DNA of 63,646 nucleotides, filler included, from Dugesia japonica (taxonomy: Eukaryota): NCBI GenBank assembly GCA_001938525.1. It is 6 parts of 6 records of this genome, joined end to end, with 100 filler letters (N's around TTAATTAATTAA, not from the genome) between each part and the next. Parts side by side here need not be neighbours in the genome. Positions count along the whole stretch, not along the records: positions 29,852 to 39,298 come from MQRL01613417.1; positions 39,399 to 54,993 come from MQRL01602731.1; 4 more parts are not named here. One strand, written 5' to 3'. Shown one piece after another: positions 38,701-50,614 of the stretch; within the stretch, counting starts at the first letter, position 1, and every line of letters starts with the position of its first letter. The notes beneath the pieces were generated by a model that saw only the letters and a program-made list of their open reading frames with translations, had not been told where the DNA came from and ran no database searches. The position numbers and the translations under genes are program-made.

Positions 38701-39298
38701 ACATATTCGGAACCTGGATTAACATGTAAAATGAATTAAAATATGCAGGTGTTGAATTAAAATATTGTAAAGAAAGTAAATATGACATGTTATTATTTTA
38801 TGAAGATAGAATTAGAAGTGGAGTTTCATCAGCTTTAGGAGATAGATTTGTTAAACCTAACAATAGGGAAACAAATAAATTCAAATAATACATGTTTATT
38901 AAAATTAATAAATATCCAAAATTAAATTCATTATTAAACCATATATGAAAGAAAATTATTTAATGTATTATGATGCAATACCAACTGGAGAAATGGAATG
39001 GTATAATAATAATTTATTATTTGAATCTTCAACTGAAGATACTGGATTAACATATGAAGTGGATTTAAAATATCTACAAGAAATAAAAGAAAGAAGAAAA
39101 GATTTTCTATTTTTACCAAATAAAGAAAATTCAAATATAAATGAATTTTCAAATTATCAAAAATCAATTGCACCAGAAAACTATAAACTAACAGAAAAAT
39201 TATTATTAACACAATACAATAAAAGAAAATATATAATTGATTGGAAAATGTTGGAATGGTATTTAAATAATGGTATTGAAGTAAAGAAAATACATTGG
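35748..39298 (+). pseudogene. Polinton/Maverick protein-primed DNA polymerase B region with N-terminal C2H2 zinc fingers and an endonuclease VII-like insert
   Basis: CDNCKKVF, CDNCNKTFKAKSSYISH and CNKSF..YHLKSKGH fingers; SADFEG exo I; CYYC..VDHDHYNGKFRGRLCNSCNLK; HNGSKYD exo II; KGIFPY; YMKIDV; IRSGVSS; YEVDLKY. Many frameshifts. Confidence 0.9.
36284..36711. mobile_element. hAT-type MITE right end inserted in the Polinton polymerase region
   Basis: ggcggaacccct...ggaaccctaaagttctgtggaacacaatctgggaaacgCTG terminus; left end probably in the gap. Confidence 0.55.
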
Positions 39299-39398
39299 NN
39301 NNNNNNNNNNNNNNNNNNNNNNNNNNNNNNNNNNNNNNNNNNTTAATTAATTAANNNNNNNNNNNNNNNNNNNNNNNNNNNNNNNNNNNNNNNNNNNN
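39299..39398. other. Artificial 100-bp scaffold spacer
   Basis: N44-TTAATTAATTAA-N44. Confidence 0.97.
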
Positions 39399-39400
39399 TT

Positions 39401-39782
39401 TTAAAGTCCTAGTATTTCTAGTTTTCCTGTTGAGAACACATTTACTCATAAAGAGTCATATTTGACAAGTCTTAGAGCAGGAAATAACTCTGGTTCGAAC
39501 CAACATTTGACTATTCTTGCTAATTTATACAGGTTTATTAAAACTCCTATATTTACGACAATAAATAGCTATTGTTTTTGAAAATTGTTTGTATTATAGT
39601 GTTCAATTCATGAGGTTCCAGTGGTTTCTTACAATCCATTATTCTACATTTTCCTGATCTAAAGTATATAATAATACATAATCCCTTTTGACTTTAAATT
39701 GACATGGTTTGTCTGTAGGAAAGCTTATTTTCTTTGTTACGTCTTGCATCATTTCACCTCTGTAATTAATATTGGTTATCAT
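39401..39782 (-). pseudogene. Compact, intronless TATA-binding-protein (TBP)-like gene, copy 1 (frameshifted)
   Basis: Manual translation: MITNINYRGE...KISFPTDKPCQFKVK/CIIIYFRSGKCRIMDCKKP.../VNIGVLINLYKLARIVKCWFEPELFPALRLVKYDSL*VNVFSTGKLEILGL. Compare TBP LIFSSGKMVCTG and YEPELFPGLIYR...LIFVSGKVVLTG. Confidence 0.7.
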
Positions 39783-39899
39783 AATTAATGAATTAAAGAT
39801 TGGGGTTTTGATGAATTTAATTTGATTGATTCGTTAAAACAATGCACTAAATTATGAATAAATTAAAGAAAATCCAGATAAAGAAGTGATAATCAAATT

Positions 39900-42490
39900 A
39901 TTCTACGTAAAAAATACCCTCAAAACCTTATATTACATAGTTATTAGAAAATAATACATAGTTGTTATGTAAATAATACACTTAAAAAACCTATATTACA
40001 TAGCTGCTAAGTAAATAATACAATGTAAATATACAAATATTACACTCATTAACCATATATTACATGGTAACTATGTAAAAATACCTTCATAAACCTTATA
40101 TTANACGTTTGCTATGTAAATAATTCCCTCATAAGTCTTATATTTCATAGACCTTATATTTCATGGTTACTATGTAAATAAAGAAAGGTTTTTTAGTAAA
40201 TAATACAAGGTTACTATGTATAAATACACTCATAAACCCTATATTACATGGTTGCTATGTCAATAAAACATGGTAACTATGATTTGTCATCTGAATTATA
40301 TAAATAATTTCATAATACAAGATACCAATCCAAAACATACACTCATAAACCCTCTTTCTTCTTTAACACTCATCACTCTTAAACTTTATACACTCATAAA
40401 TCCTATTTAGATATCAAAATATTTACTTATAAGTCTTTTTTATATAAGCTTATTAGCTATATTGAAAGTTTCTATGTTTTTTAAAAATTTTGTATAGAAA
40501 AAAGTCTATGTTTTTTATCATTTTGTATACAAAATTGTCACTACATATGTGTTTATTAATGAAATTTTGCATCAACATTATGTTTTTGATAGAAATATTG
40601 TCACTATTAATATGTTTTTATAGAAACATTGTCACTAGTAATGTTTTTTATAAGAACAATGTATCACCAATATGTATTATTTTGGAAAATTGCATTGTCA
40701 ATATGTTTTTTTAATGGAAAATTGCATGGCTAATGAGATTTTTTATTAAAAAGGTAAAACTAAAGAGCTTTTCTATTAAAAACTGCAACGGTTATGTGGT
40801 TTTTTTTATTTAAAACTGCATGTCAATGAGATTATCTTATTAAAAATTACATCGGTAATATGATTTTTTTATTAAAAATTGCAACAGTATTGAGTATTTT
40901 TATTTAAAAATTGCAACACTAATGATACATTTTAATAAAAATTGGATAGCTAATGAGATTTCTTTATTTAAAATTACATCAATAATATGTTTTTATAGAA
41001 AATTACCTAGTTAATGTTTTTTTTTTGAAAAAAGTTTTATGTTTTTATCATCTTGTAAAGAAATTTTTTTATTTTGAATGTTGTATCGTGCAAATATCAC
41101 AAAGACTCTTTGAACTTTTTTTATTTGAATATCACAAAGACTCCCCTCTATGAGGGTTTTTGATAGATACATTTTAACATGTAAATATCTCAAATACTCC
41201 CCTCTTTGAGGTTTTTTTGATAGATATATTTTAACATGTAAATATCACAAAGACTCTTCTCTTTGTAGTATTTTATTTGAATATTTAAATAAAAGTTATA
41301 TTTTATCATGTAAATATCACATAGTTTCCCTCTATGAAGTTTTTGATAGATATATTTTCATAAATGCAACTCAGAATCATTACAGCTGCAACACACAAAC
41401 ACTGAAAATCATAAGTCTGAGAATTTTTAAAACTCAACATAGTCGCCATTTTGATTTTTTAAAACACGATATTGCCGCCATTTTGAATTTTTTAATAAAT
41501 GCGATAGGTATGCAACTCAGATGCAACTCAAATGCAATACAGATACACCGAGAATCACGTCCTTATGAATTTTAGACTGTTCATTCTTTGCAAAATAACA
41601 AGACTGTCACATCTAAAGCAAAAATATTTTTTTTAAATCAATAATGCCTAAATCTCTTACAAAAATATCAAGGATGACCCATCTAAAGTAAAATATAAAG
41701 AAATAATCAATAATGCTTCAATCAAGACTGTCTGATGTCTTGTAATAATATCTTAAAAAATATCAAGACTACCACATCTCCTACATAAATAAATTAATTT
41801 AATTAAATTTAATTATAATAAAAAGATTTCCTCCATTGGGATTTATCATGAAAATATGGGTTTTATCATTGAATATAATATCATTAAATTAGATATATTC
41901 AAAACATTAAATTATGATTTATTGATATTTTCAGTACTTAGACCATTACAGTGCAAGCAAGTAATTTTTTTTCAATTATTTCTTATTCAAATCACGTTTC
42001 GCTTCATTCTCAGTAAGTTTCTTTGCTTTAAGTTAAAAAAACTATAAGTAAGGACAAGAGTGAGACGGGTCAAATTTACTAAACCTCGTGAGATTTAATC
42101 TGAAACTGCACAGTAGTCAATAAAATTATTTGCATGTTCATAGTAGTCGATAAATATTTAAAGAAATTGTAAAGTAGTCGATAAAAATATCTAAACATAC
42201 ACAATACTCGTTACCAACAGCTCTTGACAAACACAACTCTCACTATTATCAAGNATTAACATACACAATACTCGCTATCATTAAGTCTTACCCTACAAAA
42301 TTCTCGTTATCATTAAATATTAATATACATAATACTCAATATCAACAGCTATATCAACACAATTCTCGCTACCAACAGCTCTTAACAAGCACATCTCTTG
42401 CTATCTTCAAGTCTTACCATACACAATTCTCGCTACCAATATTTCTTAACATATACAACTCTCATTATCGACGCAATACTCGCCATCATC
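39900..42490. repeat. Series of distinct degenerate minisatellite blocks (probable subterminal region of a large element)
   Basis: tattacatggttactatgtaaataatacac (39900-40400); aaattgtcacta (40500-41010); tgtaaatatcacaaagactcccctct (41090-41350); atatcaagact (41600-41780); cacaatactcgctatc (42190-42490). Confidence 0.7.
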
Positions 42491-43216
42491 ATTTACCTAT
42501 TGATTATTCAGTTAATGGTTTAATCTGTTCATCACTTATTCCTTATAGTCAACCCTATAATTCACACTGAATATATAGTTTACAATTAATAACCGGTTAA
42601 TTATTCAAATATTTTCACCTTAATATAGAAAATTTCTGTGACAATGGACCTTCAAATCTGCTTTTTTAACCAATTAATCATCAACTAGTAAGTAGGTAGA
42701 TAGTGCAGCACTGGCACAGTGGTTTTAGTTGGGNNNNNNNNNNNNNNNNNNNNNNNNNNNNNNNNNNNNNNNNNNNNNNNNNNNNNNNNNNNNNNNNNNN
42801 NNNNNNNNNNNNNNNNNNNNNNNNNNNNNNNNNNNNNNNNNNNNNNNNNNNNNNTAATTTTTTCAAATTGACATTTTATAAGTAATAAAGAAACAAAATT
42901 GATAATTAATAACTTATATTTTAAGAAATCTTTTAACAGAAAAAGATTTGAAATAAATATAATTGCATTTTAATTTTAAATTAATTAATTATTATAAATT
43001 AAATTTTTTCAAATTGGTCTTCAATTTTTTCATTTGTAANNNNNNNNNNNNNNNNNNNNNNNNNNNNNNNNNNNNNNNNNNNNNNNNNNACACTGAATAT
43101 ATAGTTTACAATTAATAACCGGTTAATTATTCAAATATTTTCACCTTAATATAGAAAATTTCTGTGACAATGGACCTTCAAATCTGCTTTTTTAACCAAT
43201 TAATCATCAACTAGTA

Positions 43217-43634
43217 AGTAGGTAGATAGTGCAGCACTGGCACAGTGGTTTTAGTTGGGGTTTTCTATAATGCAATTAGTTGGGCGAAAAAATGGGGAAG
43301 GGGAGAGAGGGTGGGATACCCCTATTAAATGTGCTTCAATTTGTTTTGTTCTTCAATTATTTGTGCTTCAATTTGGTCCCTAATTTTTTCAAATTGACAT
43401 TTTATAAGTAATAAAGAAACAAAATTGATAATTAATAACTTATATTTTAAGAAATCTTTTAACAGAAAAAGATTTGAAATAAATATAATTGCATTTTAAT
43501 TTTAAATTAATTAATTATTATAAATTAAATTTTTTCAAATTGGTCTTCAATTTTTTCATTTGTAAACAACCTTTTTGGTTGTTTTTAAAACACCAGCTAA
43601 ATGTGTTGGTCCAGTATTGCACAATCTACCTACT
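43217..43634. mobile_element. Short non-autonomous element with AGTAGGTAGAT...ATCTACCTACT termini (Polinton-like AG...CT ends)
   Basis: AGTAGGTAGATAGTGCAGCACTGG at 43217 vs CCAGTATTGCACAATCTACCTACT ending at 43634; no clear TSD. Confidence 0.55.
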
Positions 43635-43657
43635 ATGCAGTTTTATGTAAAGATAAT

Positions 43658-46159
43658 AGTAGGTAGATAGTGTACCACGGGCTTACTCTATTCTTACTAT
43701 CAATTCATTGAATAATCAAACATGATTTCCCCGGTGAGGTCGAATAAGGTTAATTTTTGATTGGTTTAGAGTAATTTTTGAATGATTTGGTGAAATATTT
43801 CCTCGCGATTGGTCAGTTTGTGTAATTTTTGGGTGATTTGGTTGAATTTTAACTCGGGAATAGTCAATTTGGAGCAATTTTTGATGATGTAGTCAAATAC
43901 TTCCTTAGTTTAGGCAATATTGATTAATCATTTACTCGGTTTAAGTATTATTGGTCAATTATTTACTCAGTTTCTGTGATATTGATCAATTATTTTCTCG
44001 GGTTTGGTCAATTTGAGTAATTCTTTGGTGATTTGGTCGAATATTTCCTCGGGATTTATCAGTTTGGGTAATTTTTAAAGGACTTGGTCAAATTTTTCCT
44101 CGGGATTGGTAATTTTTGGGTGATTTAGGGGAAATGAGTTGAAAATTTTCTCGGTGAGGTCAAATAAGATAATATTTTGTTGGTTCAGGTGAATTTGGTC
44201 CAATATTTCCTCGAAATTACTCGTTTTGGGTAATTTTTGTGTGACTTGGTCAAATTTTTTCTCGGGATTAGTATACTTTAGGTGGTTTAGGTTAAATTGG
44301 TTGAAATTTATCGGTGAGATCGAATCTTGGCCAACTTGGTCGGTTTGAGGTGAACTCGATCAATTATTTACTTGGTATGGACACATTAGGTCAATTATTT
44401 CATCCGAATGGACAGTTTGGGTGATTTTTGAATGAATTTGATCAATTATTTCCTCGGGAATGAGTAATTTGGGTCAGTTCTGGACAATTTGGTCAATTAT
44501 TTCTTTACAAGTGTAAGTTTTAGGAGAATTTGAATGATAATTTTCTCGAGGTGATCAGTTTGGATTGAATTTTAATAAAAATTTTAAAGTTTTTTAAAAA
44601 AATTTTTTATGGGAATTTTTAATAGGATCTATAATTTATCTACTATTTTAAATTAATATTGTATTAGATTTGATTCAATTTAATTTCAAAATATATTTGT
44701 TTTAATATTATTATTTGATAAATGTCTTCATTTTTATTAAAAAATTTTCAAGTAAGTATGTTAATTTTTGATTTTTTATCGTTAATTCAAATATTTAGAA
44801 AGTTATTAACTCAATGATAATTATGAAATGGATTTAAAGAAGAAAAATGAAGATTATGATGAAGAAAATTATGATTGAGAATAATAAGAAATTTAATGAA
44901 ATTATTTGATTAATTATTATTATTATAAATTTATTATATTATTATTATTATTCGATTATTAATTTCTTTTATTATTATTAATTTAATTCTATTATTCATT
45001 ATTGGTTTTCATTTAATTAATTATTATTAACTATTAATTACCATTTTATTAGTAATAAACTTATTAGTATTAACTTTGACGATTTTAGGTTAACATATTT
45101 GGAATCAGCGAAAGATTCTCTATCGAATAGATAGTTTCGTGACCTATTTTAAGAAGAAAATATTTTTTCGAAAAAATCCTGGGCAAAATACTCGGAAAAC
45201 CAAAATTGATCGCCGTAAAATTCTGAGTCGATATATCTAAAAATAACTATATGTTGTAAAATTGAAAAAATTATTTTTTAAATTTTTGATGCTCCGGATT
45301 CCCATAAAAATTATTTTTTTAAATTTTCATATTATTTAAACAACATGAATGGTTTACCCGGATTCCTATAAAAAATTCCCATAAAAAAATTTTACAACGT
45401 AAAAAGCTTGAAAAAATATTGCTGATTAAAAAGCCTAAAAAATTTTCCAATTTTTCTCAAAATTTTTACAGGAAAAATATAACCCCTCTTAATAATGTCG
45501 CGACGAAATTAATTACATTATGTAATGCACATAAATGTGTGCCATCGCCTATTTACATTAGAAAAATATAGCCTCATGTAATAATCCGATTAAGTCGGGG
45601 GGGGGCTTCAGAATGTGTGCAGAAGCTGACTCCTACTATCTATCTACTTTCGATCAAAATAATAATAATATATAATATAATATATAAGAGATATAATATT
45701 AAGTCTGCCCGGGGAATTTTAATATTAAATCGGTATGGGGATTATTAATATTAAGTCTTTACGAGGGATAGGGTAATTATTAAGCCTGTCCGAATGATAG
45801 TTGACATTGACCTACAAATAGCTGTCATGGAAATGACCTTGACCTACTTTTATTTAACCTTGACATATTCCACCAATCAGATCACAAGATACTGTCATTT
45901 TGACCTTGAAATGTTTCGACCAATCAGATCACAGGATACTATATCACTTTGACCTTGAACCTCTTCCACCAATAAGATCGCAGGATATTATATCACTTTT
46001 AACCTTGAAATGCTTCGACCAATCAGATCGCAGTATACTATATCACTTTGACTTTGAAAAGATTTCGACCAATCAGAATAGAGTATACTGTATCAATGGC
46101 CTTGAAAAAAATACCTTCTCGGGGAGGGTGGTGATACAGTGCGCTACTATCTACCTAAT
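43658..46159. mobile_element. Repeat-rich region bounded by AGTAGGTAGATAGT-type termini (left 43658; right ends at 45648 and ~46159)
   Basis: Terminal motifs; internal degenerate tandem repeat ttggtcaaatatttcctcggg (43720-44570); ATT-rich tract; ~50-bp repeat array. Confidence 0.5.
45835..46105 (+). repeat. ~50-bp tandem repeat (about five units), each with CCAATCAG and TGACCTTGA motifs
   Basis: tgaccttgaaatgtttcgaccaatcagatcacaggatactatatcactt repeated with variation. Confidence 0.9.
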
Positions 46160-46715
46160 TTCGATCAAAATAATTATAGCATATTTTATTTTGATCGAAG
46201 ATTTTTCTTTATTTTAATAAATTACTGAAAATTGAAAAATTAAATTATCCAATGTAATTATTAACTGATTTATTCCAAACTCTAAAAATCTAAAAAAAAG
46301 AGATTAAATAAAAAGAAAAGAAACACAATTTATGGAATATATATTTATTAGGATTCATCTGACAATTGTAAATACAGAAAATAATAAATACAATAATATC
46401 AATAATACAAATGCTGAATATCTGATTCGTCAAAATGACGAAATGTGAACTAATGAAATGCATATTCAAGTGCCAACTACAAAATCTACTATGATAAATA
46501 TATCTTTTATCTGGTGTCTTGAGATTATGGTTAATATTTCACTTTTATCATGCCCAAATCTACAAAATTAAACGGAATGTTAAGATTTAAATTATTTCAT
46601 TCGCACGATTAATAAAAAGATAATTAAAAAATTTCTTTTCACAAATTTTAATCTTAAAACTTTCATTTTAAAATTTTATTTCATAAAAATTAACTTTACC
46701 ATTGATCTGTGTATT

Positions 46716-47129
46716 AAACAATATTTTGAAAAAGAAATTTAAAATTTATTTTCAATTGCAAAGATCAAATCGATGTTTTTCTATTTTCATAGAGAGTTCA
46801 ATATTTCGGNTGTCTTTTTCGGGAACTAAATGTAAATTTAAAAAGAAATTTGTTAATGGTTTTGCACCATTTTACCGAAATTATGTTCAATAAATTTGAA
46901 ATTTAATGTTTTAATTAGTGACCAATGAAAATTAATGTTAATCAGATTAATTTAAATTGTGTTTCTATTTAAACATTTATAACCACAATAAATTGACCAA
47001 TAGTTGTGGCTCCTGAAGAAGGCATAGCCGAAATATTGAACCATCTATGAAAATAGAAAAACATCGTTTTGATCTTTGCAATTGAAAATAAAAATTTTAT
47101 TTAAATTTGTTTTTCAAAATATTTGTTTG
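46716..47129. mobile_element. Inverted-repeat element with hammerhead motifs (Penelope-like inverted pseudo-LTR arrangement)
   Basis: 46741-46810 is the reverse complement of ~47028-47100 (ttttcaattgcaaagatcaaa.cgatgtttttctattttcataga...caatatttcgg). Confidence 0.7.
47006..47044 (+). ncRNA. Minimal type I hammerhead ribozyme motif
   Basis: GTGGCTC-CTGAAGA-A-GGC ATA GCC-GAAA-TA-TT-GAACCAT: stem I (one mismatch, one G-U), CUGANGA core, stem II, GAAA, palindromic ATAT stem III. Confidence 0.7.
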
Positions 47130-47249
47130 AAAAAGATAATTATTTCGGTTAAAGAGAAATTGAAAATTTTAAATAACTAATCCCAATTTGAGTTCTAGGG
47201 AGGGGCTGATGGGTTAAATGAGTTAATAAATAATTCAGATAATCAATAA

Positions 47250-48450
47250 ATGAATGAAATAAAAAATGACAAATTTATGAAATTAAATGCAAATTCTTTA
47301 TATGCAAGTTGCATGACAAAACCATTACCAACAGGTGAATTTATTGAGTGTGATGAGCTGACATATGACATGTCAACAGATGAAATGAATTATTTATATG
47401 AAGTTGATCTTGATTATCCAAGAGAAATTCATGATAGAACTAAATATTTTCCATTNNNNNNNNNNNNNNNNNNNNNNNNNNNNNNNNNNNNNNNNNNNNN
47501 NNNNNNAATAGAAATTTAACAGATAAAAATATTAAATTAACAATGAATCAATTTAATAAAGAAAAATATATTATACTTGGTTCAACATTAGATTTATATT
47601 TAAGCATTGGAATGGAACTAAAAAAGATTCATACAAAATATAAAATGCCAACAATTCCATGGTTAAGAGATTATATACTTTTTAATATTGAACAAAGAAA
47701 TATAGCAAAAAGAAANNNNGATGAATTTGGTGTAACTTTCTTTAAAGATATGAATAATTCATTTTATGGAAAAACATTAGAAAATATTAGAAATAGATAA
47801 AGAATATCAACTGATAAAGAATATCAAAAATATGTCAGTAAACTTTATTTAAGTTGTAAAAGTTTCAAATTAGATGATGAAGAAATATCTAGTATGGTAG
47901 CAGTTCATTTAACAAAAACTAATTTAAATTATAATAAATTTCCATATTTAGGATTCACAATTCTTGAATATGCGAAAGAAGTAATGTACAATTTTGTATA
48001 TAACCAATAGAACCAGCAGTTGGACAAGATAATTATAAAATACATTATTCAGACACGGATTCCGTATTTGTTGAGATAACTGGTAATGATAATTTAGAAA
48101 ANNNAAATAGATTAACTGGAAATGATTTATTTCAGATGAAAGATGAAATGCCAAATAATACAATTCTTAAATGTGCTTTCATAAAACCAAAATCATATGC
48201 TTATGAGTGGGTCCCTCTGGGTAGTGAAGACAATGGAAATATTAAATTTAATAAAAAACATAAAGGTGTTCAATCTTTTAAAAAAATTGGAATGAAAGAT
48301 TTTGATGAAGTTTTAAAAGATTCAAAGAAAATAATTTATGGAACAAATTATTCATTAAAATCTGAATTACATGATATTAAATTAACCAAACAAATAAAGA
48401 TTGCATTAACAGGTTTTAGTGATAAAAGAATTATTGAAGTAAATAAAATA
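47250..48450 (+). pseudogene. Second Polinton pPolB fragment (palm/fingers/thumb)
   Basis: LNANSLYASCM (motif A, Asp to Asn), YEVDLDYP, FKDMNNSFYGKTLEN (motif B), HYSDTDS (motif C, ~48043-48063), MKDE..IKPKSYAY, KHKGV, ALTGFSDKR. Confidence 0.92.
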
Positions 48451-48453
48451 GTA

Positions 48454-48545
48454 CCGTAATTCCCGGGTTATAAGTCGCACATACGAACATTAGACTTTTT
48501 ATTACTAAAATTAATGTATAAGTCCCACTATGAGTATAGTAAAAT
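48454..48545 (+). mobile_element. Tc2/pogo-like TIR remnant truncating the pPolB C-terminus
   Basis: TA|CCGTAATTCCCGGGTTATAAGTCGCAC plus a subterminal tataagtcccac repeat. Confidence 0.5.
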
Positions 48546-48752
48546 TTAATTAGATTATTTATATTTTAAAATTAATAGATATTATTAATAGAAAATCAAA
48601 AAAATAATAATACAATAAAAAAACAATAAAAACAATTATTTCATTTTTAAAGAAAATAATTGATTTTTATTATTATACGGAAATAATTACTAATTAATAA
48701 TTTCAGACAATAGAAAATTATTAAATTGTATATTAATATTTTATTAGTTAGA

Positions 48753-50049
48753 CAGTACTCGTAAAAAGTCTGCTCACCCCCTATAAAAAAAATACAACTT
48801 TTAATTTGGAATGAATATTTTCAGCAATGAAATTTAATAAATAAATAAATACATGATAGTCTTAATATTTAATAGGATGTCCTTTTGATTTTTTGACCAA
48901 TTCTAATCTTTTTGTAATCGAGAATACAATTTTTTCTGCATAGATTACGAGAAAGTTTGTACCATTCGCTTTTGGATTTCATTCCATAATTCTTCAGCAG
49001 AATTGTGTTTCATTGGTATTACTTTCCGTTTAAGTATACCCCAGATATTTTCTATGGGATTCAGACATCAATATTTTTATTTTTTAGGAAAGCCTGGGTA
49101 CTTTTGGCCTTATGTGGTGGAGCCAAATCACGTTGAAAAACGAATGCTGCTTTTAGAAATACTAAGCTTCCACCAACTATGTCTATATCATGAAGTATCT
49201 CTCGGCATTCATATTTCCATTGATTCTTTTCAGAAGTCCAACTCCATTACTGTTGAAGCAGCCCCAGACATGTNNNNNNNNNNNNNNNNNNNNNNNNNNN
49301 NNNNNNNNNNNNNNNNNNNNNNNNNNNAATGAGGTTCTTCGAATCAATAATTTACTTGATGACGAATATGTAAGAAAGATACACTCGTCGCTGAATACAA
49401 CATCTCTCCATTTATCTGCATCCCAACTACTGTAAGTCATGGGCCAAGAAAGTCTTCTGAGACGTTGATGCAATTTCAAATATGGCTTCTTAATTGCTGA
49501 ATAAAATCGAAAACCGTACTTGTTCAGAATTTTCTGAACAGTACTAACAGAAACATTTTGGACAGCACGTGTATTGTACGTATGGGTGATATTATGAACA
49601 GATAATAAGCGATTGGCTTTGCAAATGCGTCTTATAGCTCGTGAAGCTTGGGGTGAAACAATAGTTGGTCTGCCATTTTTCATCTTATCTCGCACGGATC
49701 CCATTTTTCGTTATTTCTTCCATAGATATTGCATTCCACATTTTGTCACAGTCTTGCTGTACTTTTCACGTAATTCACGCGCTATTTCTGTCCAAGACTT
49801 TCCATTATTCCGTAGTATAACGATGGCATTTCTTTGAAATTCTGTTAAATTTCTAGACATTATACTGCTCTAAAACCATGTCATTTTACACTATTTTACA
49901 TATATCAATTAAAAATAAATGATAAAAACTTACATTATTTAAATAATTAATTAATAACTAAATATTTAAACAATTCATTTAAACTAAATCGAAATGTTTA
50001 TTAAAAGTTGCATTTTTATAGGGGGTGAACAGACTTTTTGCGAGTACTG
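48753..50049 (-). mobile_element. Tc1-family transposon (~1.3 kb), degenerate transposase
   Basis: ~50-bp TIRs CAGTACTCG[T/C]AAAAAGTCTG[C/T]TCACCCCCTATAAAAA; GRPTIVS, KKPYL, WRDVVFSDEC, VWGCFNSNGVG, LNPIENIWG. Confidence 0.93.
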
Positions 50050-50221
50050 TGTTATCATATAATAATAAGTGAGATAATTGTGTGAATTGAAATAAATTAT
50101 GTCTCAAAATAGTTGTGATTTTGAAAATAAATTATCAATTGAAGAATTACCTAACAATTATAAAAGAGATTTCATAAACATAAAGAAAAAGCTTCGATCA
50201 AAATAAAATGTATTTGTAAAG

Positions 50222-50260
50222 AAAATCAAATTTTCGATAATAATCTTCTTCAGGAACATG
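50222..50260 (-). ncRNA. Minimal hammerhead ribozyme motif (inverted copy, weak stem I)
   Basis: Minus strand catgttc-CTGAAGA-A-GAT TATT ATC-GAAA-AT-TT-gatttt. Confidence 0.5.
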
Positions 50261-50581
50261 ACGACTTCTTGATAGATTCAACGAAATAGATCTTTGTTAC
50301 TCAATTCTTTAGATTGTATCGAAATTTTATTGGTTTATTTTAATTATGAATTTTAATTTTTATTAAATATTAAAAAATTTTTATTAATATTAGTAAAAAA
50401 CACAACTAAAATTAAATATCTAAAAAACTTTTCTATTTAATTAAAAAAATTTTGAGAGTTAATTTAAAAATAAAAATTAAAATTCATAATTAAAATAAAC
50501 CAATAAAANNNNNNNNNNNNNNNNNNNNNNNNNNNNNNNNNNNNNNNNNNNNNNNNNNNNNNNNNNNNNNNNNNNNNNNNN

Positions 50582-50614
50582 CTGAAGAAGACTATTGTCG
50601 AAAATTTGAATTTC
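50582..50614 (+). ncRNA. Minimal hammerhead ribozyme motif (5' strand of stem I lies in the gap)
   Basis: CTGAAGA-A-GAC TATT GTC-GAAA-AT-TT-gaattt; palindromic AATT stem III. Confidence 0.6.

Noticed and set aside
38945-39782. Apparent adjacency of Polinton pPolB and TBP-like copy 1
   Set aside because: They are separated by an artificial spacer (39299-39398), so the adjacency is not evidence of linkage.
42565-43565. Near-exact direct duplications (42565-42733 = ~43090-43258; 42856-43039 = ~43381-43565)
   Set aside because: The copies are bounded by N gaps and essentially identical; most likely a scaffolding or haplotype overlap artefact.
45900-46217. 105-aa ORF with internal repeats
   Set aside because: Chance read-through of the ~50-bp tandem repeat; TTG start and no domain.
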